Shown here in pieces: positions 12,116-25,387 of a stretch of 64,000 nt of DNA. How positions within the stretch are numbered: position 1 is the first letter of the stretch; each line of letters opens with the position of its first letter. Below the pieces are notes generated by a model. That model saw only the letters and a program-made list of their open reading frames with translations. It was not told the DNA's origin and did not search any database. The translations under genes and the position numbers were made by a program. The DNA is from Octopus vulgaris. Lineage: Eukaryota. The stretch covers positions 75,206,001-75,270,000 of the forward strand of contig OX597827.1 of NCBI GenBank assembly GCA_951406725.2, read 5' to 3'.

Positions 12116-13640
12116 TAAATCAATGTGTAAGTTCACTTTCTTTTATTTGTTTGAGTTCTTCCTAGAATGTGGCAGTTGTTTGTAACAGAGAAACAAAGTT
12201 TCCTCAATCTCTGGAATTTGAATAACAACAAAGATAATTGTTTCCGATTGACCTGGCACATATTTTCGCTGTTCCACTCGTAGATCGTATCTGCAAAGTA
12301 CGTATAAACCGATCGCTTTCTCTACCCACAAATCCTAGCATTTTCAGATTTTCGTTTTGATATTTACCAACATAACGAAGTGCACCGCTAATTATTTGGT
12401 ATAAGCGTATATTTATAACCAAGGAAGAAGAGTTGCAGGTTTCGAAGCGGTTGTCCATGATTATTCTCCTTCAAGCTGGTTTTAGAAGAGATGTTAACAT
12501 GAACAGAGCAGCTAATCCCTGCTTTTCTTTTGTGCCCCAAATACTCATATATCAGGTTTGTTTTGCTTGTACTTGGTAGACGTTTTGAGGATAATGCTTT
12601 GCCCTTATTCCTTGAGATGATATGAATGTATGAATTCAATAGCAGAGGTTGTTTTTCTGTTGATATCATGGTATATCGTTTTGGCAACATCATATCGAGT
12701 GAGAGGTAGGACCTTGTTGACGTTTTGTATGTTAAATTCTCCACAAAATAATGGCACAGTCTAAATTCGAGGCAGCATCTTATGAGCTGAAGGGTTTTGT
12801 TGTACCATTTGTGCAATAGACATTTCGTAGCTATCTCCTGCTTTGGGAATGCAAAAGTGTAGCCTTTGAGATGTGACATGATGTAACGGTCACCAGTCGA
12901 AGAGAGGTTACACTTTATGTTGAAATTGTCATTTTCTTCAAGTTTATGGGATATACCTATGCATAACTTCAACATTATAAATGTTTCGGACGTTGAACTC
13001 AATTTTCTTTTCATATTCGTTTACTATACATTATTTTACACCTATTACACTTTTTTTCTTCCTTTTTCATTTTTACACTAAAGATTAACCGTCAAAGATC
13101 CATCGTTGCAGTCAAAAGAAAATTCCAGCAGCAATTTGGAAAGCGACAGGTACGATCCCGAAATGTGATCCTTGAGAAAGGCGACAGTAGCCATTCCAGT
13201 TAAGCCGCAGTGTTCTTGATATGAGAGAGAGCAAGCTTGTGAATGTTCATTCTGTGTTGGTGACCGTCTCCAGGATGTAATACTCAAATCATAGATAATA
13301 TATTAATCTTCTGTATATCAGTTATGCTATAAATATATTTGGTAATCTATGTCATTCTCATAATCCAAGATACTAGCATTTAAAACGCAAGCCATCATTA
13401 TGGCCCACCCTCTACTTTCCTCTAGCAGCAAACATTTTCAATCTTGGTCTTGAGTTCATGTTTCAGGACTAGAAACTTCCCCTTGAGATTTACAGTAGAA
13501 TCTCCGAACAGTTTTGCTGTTGTTTCCGATGAGTGTTGTTGGTGTGTTGTGAATTTACCATTCACCTTACACTTTATAATGGCATTTAACCGATCTAAAT
13601 TCTTTATGCTTTCTCGTAGGGTCGTTGCCCACCTGGGTTG
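12116..13640 (-). mobile_element. Decayed R4/Dong-like (RLE) non-LTR retrotransposon
   Basis: SHLKGYTFAFPKQEIATKCLL...FRLCHYFVEN (region upstream of the CCHC knuckle), then SCSVHVNISSK..KENNHGQPLRNLQ and IISGALRYV...ENLKMLGF...LQIRSTSGTAKIC, typical of an RLE C-terminus. Many indels. Confidence 0.7.
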
Positions 13641-13727
13641 CTTATGATTGGTTTCCTGAGCGTCCAATAACACTGTACTTGTCCACGTCCTCGATTTGTT
13701 GTGTTTTCTCTTTGTTCGTGTTTGGAT

Positions 13728-13823
<96 letters not shown>

Positions 13824-13909
13824 GAAGAGTGTATTTTTACCTTGTTAACAATTAACACGGAAAAAATAAATAAATAGTTACCAGGGTAGCAAAAATCTCA
13901 CAAGTATGT

Positions 13910-14124
13910 ATAAAGTTAATCCAAACAAGAAAGCACAAAAAAAACACAACAACGCGAGGACGTGGAACAAATATAGTATTATTGGACGCTCAGGAAGGAA
14001 GGAAAGAAGGAGAGTTTAACGTTTCGAGCGGAGCTCTTCGTCGGAAACATAGAAGGAAAGATCCAGAGAAGGGAAGACAGAGGAAAATAAAATCGCCAAC
14101 GGTACACACGCGGTCACATTTTGA

Positions 14125-14125
<1 letters not shown>
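13910..14125 (-). mobile_element. Short non-autonomous HHR-bearing element (PLE pLTR-like), family H1; HHR at 14014-14048
   Basis: Minus strand reads GTTT-CCGACGA-aGAGCtccGCTC-GAAAC-GTT-AAAC. Homologous to 15838-16040, 42193-42380 and the tail at 13653-13732. Confidence 0.75.
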
Positions 14126-14157
<32 letters not shown>

Positions 14158-14699
14158 TGTACGTATGTATGCGTGTACATGTACCTGCATGTATGTTATG
14201 TGTGCATGTATCTGTATGTATGTATCTATGTGTGAATGTATTTATATGCATGTGTGTGTGTATGTATTTATCTATTTATTTGTCCACTTGAGTGTGTATA
14301 TATCTGTGTGTACGCATACATCTGTGTATATGTGTTTATGTCAGCCTGTGTATTGGTCTGAGAATGTGTGTACATGTGTGTAAGCTTATGTATGCGTATG
14401 GGTATACATGTATGTTCTTTCTGGTTCGTGCGCGCAGGAATATGTTTCTGTACATATCAAATTGTGCAAATTGTGTTCATGTGAATGTGTGAGTTTGTAT
14501 GTTACTCTGGGCATTTCTCTGTGTTCGTGCGTGCGTGCGAGTGGTTTACGATACACAGAAGCTTCGATGTGAGCTTGGATGGCAGCCAATTGACAGAAGT
14601 TAAAAAGATTAACTTTTACCAAGTTTTTCAGTGGTCTCAGGTGGGCTCCGGGTACTGGGTGAGGGCGGAGAAGGAAAAGATAGATAATGGCAACGTTGA

Positions 14700-15475
14700 G
14701 ACTGGATGCGGCTGCGGCGGCGGCGGTGGTGGTGGCGATGGTGGTGACGGCGGCGGTGGTGGTGGTGGTGGTGGTGGTGGTGGTGGTGATGGTGGTGACG
14801 GTGGTGGTGGTGATGGCGATGGTGGCGATGGCGGTGGTGGTGGTGGTGGTGGTGGTGGTGGTGGAGGTGGCGGTTGGTGATGGCAGCAGAGTGAAATGGA
14901 AGACGCTGTGATGAGTAGAAAATTAAACAAGAGTGGGAAGAGAGAAATAATATAGAAGACGGTTGTGGCGGCGGCGATGGCAGCGGTAATTGGAAATGAG
15001 AGTAATGACGGCCATATTGGCGATGATGGTGATAACTGATGATAATAGCATGGCGGTGTCAACGGCGGCGGCGGTGATGGTGGTGGTGGTGGTGGTGGTG
15101 GTGGTGGTGCAGGTGCTGGTGGCGGTGGTGACGATTGTAATGGTGATAGTATGGGCGGTGGTGGTGGTTTTGGTGGTGGTGGTGGTGGTGGTGGTGTTGG
15201 TTATGGTGAGGGTGATGATGATGGTAGTGGTGATAGTTGGGGTTGCTGGTGGTGGTGGTGCTGGTGCTGGTGCTGGTGCTGGTGGTGACGATTGTATTGG
15301 TGATAGTATGGGCGGTGGTGGTGGTGGTGAAGGTGGTTATAGTGAGGGTGATGATGATGGTAGTGGTGATAGTTGGGGGGGGGGGGGGGGTGCTGGTGGT
15401 GGTGCTGGTGGTAGTTATGGTAGTGATGATGGTAATGGTGATAGTAGGGGCGACGGTGGTGGTGGTGGTGGTGAG
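14700..15475. repeat. (GGT/GGC/GAT)n compound trinucleotide tract with a roughly 150 bp higher-order duplication
   Basis: ggtgacgattgta(a/t)tggtgatagtatgggcggtgg...agggtgatgatgatggtagtggtgatagttgggg occurs at about 15127 and about 15284. Confidence 0.85.
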
Positions 15476-15529
15476 TCTAGCATTGATAATAGCGTTGTTG
15501 CTTATTTAAGAAAGCGACATGGAATAGAT

Positions 15530-15593
<64 letters not shown>

Positions 15594-15713
15594 AAAGTAA
15601 AAAGTACAAACTGGGACAAGAACGTGAAACATTTAGAAGACGACACAAAAAAAAACGGACGGGACATTCGAAGCCTTCAATCTTCAGTCAAGAACCGGAT
15701 CACCTTCGCAATT

Positions 15714-15825
<112 letters not shown>

Positions 15826-15837
15826 GGATATATATGT

Positions 15838-16033
15838 ACCGTTGGCGATTTATTATTTTTTTTCCTCTGTCTTCCCTTCTCTGGATCTTTCCTTCTATGT
15901 TTCCGACGAAGAGCTCCGCTCGAAACGTTAAACCCTCCTTCTTTCCCTTCCTTCCTGAGCGTCCAATAATACTATACTTGTTCCACGTCCTCGCGTTGTT
16001 GTGTTTTCTCTTTGTGTTTTCATGTTTGGATTA

Positions 16034-16040
<7 letters not shown>
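15838..16040 (+). mobile_element. Family H1 HHR-bearing element; HHR at 15899-15933
   Basis: GTTT-CCGACGA-aGAGCtccGCTC-GAAAC-GTT-AAAC; flanked by (TA)n on both sides. Confidence 0.8.
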
Positions 16041-16078
<38 letters not shown>

Positions 16079-16325
16079 GCACATACATGTGTGTATGTGT
16101 GTATGTGTGTATGTATGCATACGCACGTAATCCACTCCTGTATCTTTTCACACACAATTGCACTTTTGTGCAGTCTATGCGTCAGAGAGTGGGGGGGGGA
16201 AGAAGAAAGGTGAGAGGGTTGTGAGTAATAAAAGGTGAGGGTGGGGAGGAAGGAGAGGAGAACTGTTTTAAAAGGGAGCGGTAGTGATGGCGTAAGAACG
16301 TTGCCCTGTGTAGAGTGTGTATGGT

Positions 16326-16371
<46 letters not shown>

Positions 16372-16419
16372 TGATAGATAGATAGATAGATAGATAGAGA
16401 GATAGATAGATAGATAGAT

Positions 16420-16454
<35 letters not shown>

Positions 16455-16692
16455 GTGGGATAGATAGATAGATTGATAGAGAGAGAGAGAGAGGGGGGGA
16501 GGAGCAGAAAGACAGAGAGAAAGGAGCGGAGATAAAAAACAAGACAGAGACAGAGAGCAAGAAAGGGAGGGGGAGTGAGATAGAGAGAGAGAGATGGATA
16601 GAGAAAGAGACAGAGTTAGAGAGAGAGAGAGAAAGAGAGAGAAGTTTTCGACTTGAGACATCAGTCGATTAGGGCCGAGCATTTTTCTGCAA

Positions 16693-16767
16693 ATGAATGC
16701 ACAAGCCTGGACAATGTCTTTCGTTCTGTTTGTTTGTGCGTGTGGACGACAAGCTATTGCTCTACAG
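16693..16767 (+). CDS. Candidate first coding exon encoding a signal-peptide-like 25 aa (MNAQAWTMSFVLFVCACGRQAIALQ)
   Basis: AAAATG-like start context (caaATG), hydrophobic core and A-I-A, ending in a consensus donor CAG/GTAAGT. TCAGT initiator-like motif at 16661 after a long GA-rich tract. No downstream coding exon was confidently found. Confidence 0.45.
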
Positions 16768-17046
16768 GTAAGTCTTCCATCTCGATGGCAACCGATGTTA
16801 TCAAGAAGAAATGTCACAGCTTTTAGAACAGTGCCATCAAACGGATTGCTGTGAGAACACAAAGGGAGCATCCCGTCCGACAGCTCTACTCGTTCCAACA
16901 ACTTTCCGTTCAATACTGGAACTTAGATTGGAGAGTGATGACACATGACTAATAGTGAAAGTAGAGTATTATGCGGGAGAAAGATGGGTGTGAAGATGGG
17001 GGGAAAGAGAAAGTAAAAGAAAGAGTGTGTGTGTATGTATGTATAT

Positions 17047-17135
<89 letters not shown>

Positions 17136-17254
17136 TCTATATGAGAGAGGAGATGACACAGAAATTCTGCATGTGTCTCTCCAATTGACTCTGTTGGTGT
17201 GTGTGCGACATATTGTACGTAGAGCAGTGTGTAAATAACAGATAGTAATGAAGT

Positions 17255-17485
17255 GGGTTGACGGATGGGTGGGTGGATGGATGGGTGGATGGGTGGATGG
17301 GTGGGTAGATGGATGGGTTGATGGGTGGGTGAATGGATGGGTGGGTGGATGGATGGGTGGGTGGATGGATGGATGGATGGGTGGACGGATGGATGGGTGG
17401 GTGGGTGTATGAATGGATGGGCAGGTGGATGGATGGATGGGTGGGTGGATGGATGGATGGATGGGTGGGTGGGTGGGTGGATGAG
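17255..17485. repeat. (GGAT/GGGT)n microsatellite with G-quadruplex potential
   Basis: Direct inspection. Confidence 0.9.
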
Positions 17486-17748
17486 TGTGTAATAGTGTCG
17501 GTGTATATGCATGCATGTGCATCATATACACAGGGATAGTATACGAGTGTACAGTCTAGTAACGGTGTATATTTTCTCGAATATCACCACGTGACCTGCA
17601 TTGACCAATAAAATCCTAACATTCAGAAGCCATCTTGAATTTTTTCTCAAATCCCATTACTCTTCACTAGATACCTAACGAGATGGGTTCGTCTTACAAG
17701 CCCAGGGAACTTTAGATCGTCAGAGCCGAGTCAAACTGTTATAAAATA

Positions 17749-17883
<135 letters not shown>

Positions 17884-18260
17884 AGACAGACAGACAGACA
17901 GAAGACAGACAGACAGGTAGATAGATAGATAAACAGACAGACAGAAATATAGGTAGAGAGAGAGAGAGAGAGACGACAGACAGACAGGCGGGCAGACAGA
18001 CAGACATACAGACAGACAGATAGATAGATAGATAGATAGATAAGCTTATTGAAGTTGGGACTGAAGCTGGCCCTAATGAAGTAGCCCTATGATCAAAGGC
18101 GTTCCAACCATAACAACCCAATGTTGCAATGTCTCATTGCTTTTATTTTTGTAAGATTAAGATGTGTACGCAGCCTTAAAATCGAAAGACGGAAACTTAG
18201 TGCAGATCTTTACATACATGCATACAAAAATACATACATACGTACTTCTCTGAGTGTATT

Positions 18261-18311
<51 letters not shown>

Positions 18312-18333
18312 ATACACACAGGTATATATATTC

Positions 18334-18937
18334 TTTTCTACTCTAGGTACAAGGCCCGAAATTTTGGGGAAGAGGACCAGTCGATTAGATCGACTCCAGT
18401 ACGCAACTGGTACTTAATTTATCGACCCCGAAAAGATGAAAGGCTAAATCGACCTCGGCGGAATTTGATCTCAGAACGTAAAGACAAACTAAATAACACT
18501 AAGCATTTCGCCCGGCGTGCTAACGTTTCTTATTTCTTTATTGCCCACAAGGGGCTAAACATAGAGGGGTCAAACAAGGACAGACAAAGGGATTAAGTCG
18601 ATTATATCGACCCCAGTGCGAAACTGGTACTTATTTAATCTACCCTGAAAGGATGAAAGGCAAAGTCGACCTCGGCGGAATTTGAACTCAGAACGTAACG
18701 GCAGACGAAATACCTATTTCTTTACTACCCACAAGGGGCTAAACACAGAGAGGACAAACAAGGACAGACACACGGATTAAGTCGATTATATCGACCCCAG
18801 TGCGTAACTGGTACTTATTTAATCGACCTCGAAAGGATGAAAGGCAAAGTCGACCTCGGCGGAATTTGAACTCAGAACGTAACGGCCGACGAAACACCGC
18901 TAAGTATTTCCCGGCGTTCTGCCAGCTCGCCGCTATT
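18334..18937 (-). mobile_element. SINE family C trimer
   Basis: Three head-to-tail cores enclosed by one TSD, ggtatatatattc (18321-18333 and 18938-18950). Confidence 0.85.
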
Positions 18938-19019
18938 GGTATATATATTCAAATACTTCACAATATTTAGAGAAAGATTTGTTTTTTTAAATTTTAATCT
19001 ATGTTTTAAATTTTAATCT

Positions 19020-19790
19020 CAATATACGCATTGGCAATGCAGTTGCTGTAATGGCCCAACTCCCCAAATGGGCATGGGACAACAATAAGCTGACCAAGAC
19101 CACAAAAATGAAGATTTTCCAGGCATGTGTACTTAGCACTCTACTGTATGGAAGTGAGACTTAGACGCCATACACACGCCATACGTCGCCTAAATATCTT
19201 TCACCTGCGCTGCCTCCGGAAAATCCTTCGCATCAGATGGCAGAATCATGTCCCCAACAAAGATGTCCTCAAGCAAGCAGGAATACCAAGCATGTTTGCA
19301 CTCCTCACACAAAGACGTATGAGATGGCTTGGACATGTTAGCCGTATGGAAGATGGCAGAATCCCCAAGGACATACTCAGCGGAGAGCTTGCTAGGGGCA
19401 CTAGGTGTGTGGGAAGACCGTTCTTACGGTACAAGGATGTTTGCAAAAGGGACATGAATGCCTGCAACATCAATATTATCAACAGGGAAGCAGTTGCCAG
19501 CAACCGTGGAGATTGGCGACGTACCGTAAAAAAGGGAACACAAAGGAGTGACATAGAGAGAGAGGAGAAATGGAAAGACAAGAAAAGACGTCAACAAGAA
19601 ACTATGACATTATAACCAGCCAGGCAAAGTCTTCGCTACATTTGCGGCACCTGCCAGAGGGAGTGTTTGTCCAGGATAGGACTACACAGCCACAGCAGGA
19701 GATGTATTAGGACATGAAATGTAAAAGCCGGTCTAGATTATTTTATGCGCAACTCCATTGTCTCCCGTGACAAAAAGGATGCCTGCAACA
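19020..19790 (+). mobile_element. RTE-clade LINE 3' end (RT C-terminus and terminal zinc finger), decayed
   Basis: LLYGSET, FHLRCLRKILRIRWQ, RRMRWLGHVSRMEDGRIPKDILSGEL..GTRCVGRPFLRYKDVCKRDM, then YICGTCQRECLSRIGLHSHSRRC. Confidence 0.9.
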
Positions 19791-20049
19791 ATATATATGG
19801 ATTTCGTAGACAGGAACTGAAACAAATCAATCGTATATATATGTATGTATATATGTAAATGTATGTGTGTGTCTTTGTCTCTGTGTTTCGCCCTCATCAC
19901 TGCTTCACAACTGCTGTTCATTTATTTACATCCACATAACTTACTGGTTTCACAAGAACAAACTAATAGAATAAGAACTAGGCTTATCAACATAAAAAAA
20001 CACTAGGCTGTGTCTCATTTTTTTGTTTGCCCACTCAGTTGTATTTATC

Positions 20050-20092
<43 letters not shown>

Positions 20093-20107
20093 CTATCTAT
20101 CTATCTA

Positions 20108-20170
<63 letters not shown>

Positions 20171-21340
20171 CACCCCAATGGGAGCCTTAACTCCCAAATT
20201 TTAGTCATTTCTTTTATGATCCAAAACTAGGTCAAAAGTACTGAATGGATCTTTATGAAATTTGGAAATTATATACTATGCATAAGGGTCATAACCCCCA
20301 TGACAATTCATATATTTTTGCTGTTGATGAAATTTTAACCATATATATTAGACACAAATTAAGTAATATGTATAAAATTTCATCTTCTTACAAAGTTAGA
20401 AAGACCCCTCCATGGAGACTTAACACCCACAATTTTGTCATTTTATCTAAGCAAAAACGAATACAGTTGTGCTCTTGGAAGCTGTAGGGTTACCCGAGCA
20501 TAAAAGTTGGGCATTATATCTAATTCAATGGTACAACAGTGTAACAGTTTGCTTTGACATACACTTAGATTATGATTTCTGCAATGTGCTGCATAAATTG
20601 TCAAGTAAATGAGAGGCATGCTTGCCTCCACTGAATCAGTTGCAAAGTGTTGAGTAAAGTTATTTGATTACAGACCTCCTTTCAGTCTTTTTATTATCAC
20701 TCGGTCACACATAGTCCCCAGATGGTAACATTGATTTGAAGGCCTTCCCAGATGAGTGACTGGTTATTCAAAGACATTTATAGATTGTAAATTTATTCTG
20801 TCCAGTTACGTATCAGTATAGTGGTCATTTGCAAACTCAGAGGTGACACTTTAATTTCTCCTTAGCCCTCACGTCACACAGTTGTTAATGTTGATTTCAG
20901 ATGGGGTAACACCCTTCCAATTGCTATAGATTCGTAATGTATCTTGCAGCTGTGCCTGTCACCTGGATGGTGAGGAATCCAACATTGGGAGTGGTAACGA
21001 CTAGGGTAGGGTAACTGGCTGCTTATTGTGATCATTCGTCTTTTGGTTTCCTGTAGCTTTGCTCTTTTACAAACCCAGTGAACATATATTTCCTATTTCA
21101 AAGAAATTCAAACAATATATATAAGACCAAGTTAAAAAGATTTTCAACAATTCAACTTCTCTGGTTGACATTAAGATGCCCACCCTCAATAGGGGCCACT
21201 CACATTTTAGAGCTCCATGACCTTCATTTTTCAGGAGCAAAATCTTTTTAATAGGTTCAATAAGACTGGAATTTTGGAATATGCGCATAAAAATCAGTAG
21301 TATGGGATACATGTGGCACGATTACAATTTTTTGTATGTA

Positions 21341-21376
<36 letters not shown>

Positions 21377-21386
21377 CTATGTCAGG

Positions 21387-22035
21387 TCACTTTCGAGTGC
21401 TACTGGTAACATGTAACCCAGTACAATCTGTTGCATGGTCGGGCCGTCGGCGACTAAACCGGCAACCCCACCAAGCTTGCTTGGTGAGGAGGGTGTTTAT
21501 TGGACACCCTGCGGGATGAAAAACAAAACCCGTCAAAGGGCGGAGGAACTCTTGAGAGTCAACGGCCATCCAATAAATGTCTTAAGGCTGTATCATGCGT
21601 GGGGACATAGAAATAATCGGACTGAATACCCGATCGCGCGGTTAAACCATTGGGAGTGAAGGACTCCTAGCCTTTGTTAGGGCATCCTTCTAGGAGAAGG
21701 TAACTCAGGTAACTGGGATAACTCCGAAATAAAACCTGCGGCTCGGTGGTTACCGATGATGTTGACTTGTTCTTCTTTTCGGATTATGGCTGCTGTTGCT
21801 TAGTGAGTGGGATTGACTCAGTGCACAGCCTTTCCTCACTTAAAAAAGAAATCTTCTTGCACAGGCATTGTACGATAACAACATTGTTCATGATTGTTGA
21901 TGGTGCTGTCTGTGAGTCTCAACTGAATGGCTGGCTGTAGCCTTAAAAAGCAAATAAGTCACACTCGATCTCAACACCAATTACAGTTAAGCTTCGTGCA
22001 ATGGCCATACTCGATAACGAGGGAGCAGCCATCAT
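21387..22035 (+). mobile_element. Probable RTE-related non-autonomous element or 5'UTR
   Basis: GC-richer island between (TATG)n tracts. Contains ggcatccttctaggagaaggtaactc, similar to a motif recalled from RTE-type 5'UTRs. No ORF. Confidence 0.45.
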
Positions 22036-22505
22036 GTATGTATGTAGTATGTATGTATGTTTGTATGTATGTATGTTTGTATGTATATATGTATGTATCT
22101 ATGTATGTATGTATGTATATATGTATGTATGCATGTATGTATATATGTATGTATATATGTATGTATGTATATATGTATGTATATATGTATATATATATAT
22201 ATATGTATGTATGTATATATGTATGTATGTATATATGTATGCATGTAATGTATGTATGTATGTATGCATGTATGTATATATGTATGTATGTATATATGTA
22301 TGTATGTATATATGTATATATATATGTATGTATGTATATATGTATGTATGTATATATGTATGTATGTATGCATGTAATGTATGTATGTATATATGTATGT
22401 ATGTATGCATGTAATGTATGTATATATGTATGTATATATGTATGTATATATGTATGTATATATGTATGTATGTATATATGTATGTATATATGTATGTATG
22501 CATGT
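22035..22505. repeat. (TATG/TA)n microsatellite
   Basis: Direct inspection. Confidence 0.95.
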
Positions 22506-22732
22506 ATCTACCTACCTATCTAAAAGTCCATCTGTCAGTCCGTCTGTCTGTTTTAGCTCTGTCTCGTTGTCTGTTTATTTAGTTATATTGAGAAACATCT
22601 TCCTCTAGAACCGTCTGTTCAGTTACATATTATCTTATTTATCTATTTATCCATCTATATACAACTACTTCCTACAATTTCTTGTTTAGAAAAAGAAAAT
22701 AACTTTCCATATATACATGATTTGGTTCCAAT

Positions 22733-22906
22733 TCTCTCTCTTTCTCTCTCTCTCTTTCTCTCTCTCTCTTCTCTCTCTCTCTCTTCTCTCCTCTTCTCTT
22801 TCTTCTCTCTCTCTCCGTCCCTCTCTCTCTCTCTTTCCCTCTCTCTCTCTTTCTCTCTCTCTCTTATCTTCTCTTCTCTTGTCTTCTCCTCTCTCCGTCA
22901 CTTTCG

Positions 22907-22937
<31 letters not shown>

Positions 22938-23090
22938 TCTCTTCTCTTGTCTTCTCTTCTCTCTCCGTCTCTTTTCTCTCTCTCTCTCTCTCTCTCTTAT
23001 CTTCTCTTCTCTTGTCTTCTTTTCTCTCTCCGTCTCTTTCGCTCTCTGCTCTGCTCTTCTCTCCTTTCCTCTCCCCCACTTTCTTCTTTA
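22733..23090. repeat. About 350 bp polypyrimidine (CT)n tract with internal duplications; H-DNA potential
   Basis: ctctcttatcttctcttctcttgtcttct...ctctccgtc recurs within the tract. Confidence 0.9.
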
Positions 23091-23618
23091 CTATTTTCTC
23101 CACTATCGTAATACACACACACGCACACACATACACGCACACACACACGCACACACACACGCACACACGCACACACACACACAAACACACACCACACACA
23201 CACAAACACACACGCACGCACACGCACGCACACACACCGCTCAGTTCCTTTACCACCCTCTTACTCCTCCCAGTCGAGCTGTAGCTAATCTCTAAGCATT
23301 GCTGGTATAGCTACTCTTAAGGTAGGTCTCTTCCATATCTCTCCCATCCTCAAATATTTTTTTTCTACTTATATACATAACACACACACACACACACACA
23401 CACATTCTGTTCTTTTACTGGTTTCGTTATTTGGTTTGTGGCCATGCTGGGGCACTGCTCTCAAGAGCTTTTAATTGATCATATTAATTGTAGTAGTTAT
23501 ATCGGGCTAGCATTTATTTTATCGAAACCTATTTATCGAACGACTACATTACTTTACATTTTTTTTTTCAAGAAGGGACGCAACTCAACACGTTGAATTA
23601 CACCAGCATCCACTCGGC

Positions 23619-23678
<60 letters not shown>

Positions 23679-23747
23679 GGATGGATGGATGGATGGATGG
23701 ATGGATGGATGGATGGATGGATGGATGGATGGATGGATGGATGGATG

Positions 23748-23783
<36 letters not shown>

Positions 23784-23786
23784 TAT

Positions 23787-24014
23787 GTTTCTTTATCACC
23801 CACAAGGGGCTAAACATAGAGGGGACAAACAAGGACAGACAAACGAAATTAAGTCGATTACATCGACCTCAGTGCGTAACTGGTACTTAATGTATCGACC
23901 CCGAAAGGATGAAAGGCAAAGTCGACCTCGGCGGAATTTTTTTTTTTTTTTTTTTTTTTGCCTTTCATCCTTTCGGGGTCGATACATTAAGTACCAGTTA
24001 CGCACTGGGGTCGA
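23787..24014 (-). mobile_element. SINE family C fragment with a local inverted duplication
   Basis: Arms 23863-23920 and 23957-24014 are reverse complements. Confidence 0.85.
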
Positions 24015-25301
24015 GATACATACATACATACATACATAGAGAGAGAGAGAGAGAAATTCGCAGATATTGTAACTTCGAAGTTTCGCCGGTGACGACTAGT
24101 CAAATGCACGCACGCCACGCGTGCATACATACATACATACATACATACATACATACATACATACATACATACATACATACACATACGTACATACATACAC
24201 ACATACATACATACATACATACATACATACATACATACATACACACATACATACACACACACATACATACATACATACACACATACATACATACATACAT
24301 ACATACATACATACATACATACATACATACATACATAAGTTAATTCATACGCAAATGGATCTTAAGTTTTGCCTAATTCACGGCCCCTAATCATTGAAAA
24401 AACCTGTGGGTGAATGAAAAATACCGTTTATTTTACTAATTATTGATTTATGACAATTAACTCGACCGCGGTACTCGCAACAAAGGAGCTCCTACATGGG
24501 CGCTTGACCTGCTAGAAATAGCAACTAAATTCCTATCAAACGACATACTATTGTCGTAAAAAGAAAGCGGGGGATGAATGTATTCGGATGATGTCGTCCT
24601 GCTTATAATTCCTGAAAATAAGATACGTTGCAGTGATCATGTCTAAAACGTTTCGCTCACAGTCGGACATCTGCTCAATCGGAGCTGACCAGGGGCTAAG
24701 CAACAACAACCACAACAAATTATACTTGATTTGCATATTACTGCTTTCTCTTTAACAAAAAATGAAAAAAAAAAAATTTAATTTTTTAATAGCCGAATAT
24801 TAAGAGTCCGTGGTAACAACTATACAATTACGCAAGATTTCTTTTTTAGAAAAAGCTTATAAAAGTGCATCGAAGCGATTTTGCCTTTCTTCGTTCCTTA
24901 GCCCGTCCACACCGCATCAGTTCCTGGGTGGTTGCAGAGATTTAGTTTGTTTTATGGCTTGGTATGGAAGATATATATTTTAGGCGATGAGGTCGCTAGG
25001 ACCTCACTCAGTCACTTACGACCGGCGGCTCCTGGCCACGTTTCAATAACTATCAGGCAGGGACCAGTCGATTCTAGGAGAGGAGAAAGAAATCCACTTC
25101 AGTAAATGACCGTTTTCATTAGACACCGAAAGGATGACGAGCCCAAAGTGACTTCGACAGGATTTGAACTCAGAATGTAAAAAAAAACAAAAAAAAAAAA
25201 CGAGAAAACACACCACTAGGAATTCGTTCGACGCTCTAACCATTCTGCCAAAAGACATATTCTTAGTCGTTTTAAAAATATCTAGCACAGATGTGTGAAC
25301 A

Positions 25302-25384
25302 AGCAGCTATTTGCTGAGTGGTTAACAGTGTTACTACTTCAGTTTTAGATATATGGGTTGCTAGTTCGAACTCACTCCAGTGCC
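25302..25384 (+). promoter_or_regulatory. tRNA-like Pol III internal promoter (A box and B box) upstream of an HHR
   Basis: ttgctgagtgg at 25311-25321 (A-box-like) and gttcgaactc at 25364-25373 (B box). Confidence 0.5.
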
Positions 25385-25387
25385 TAT

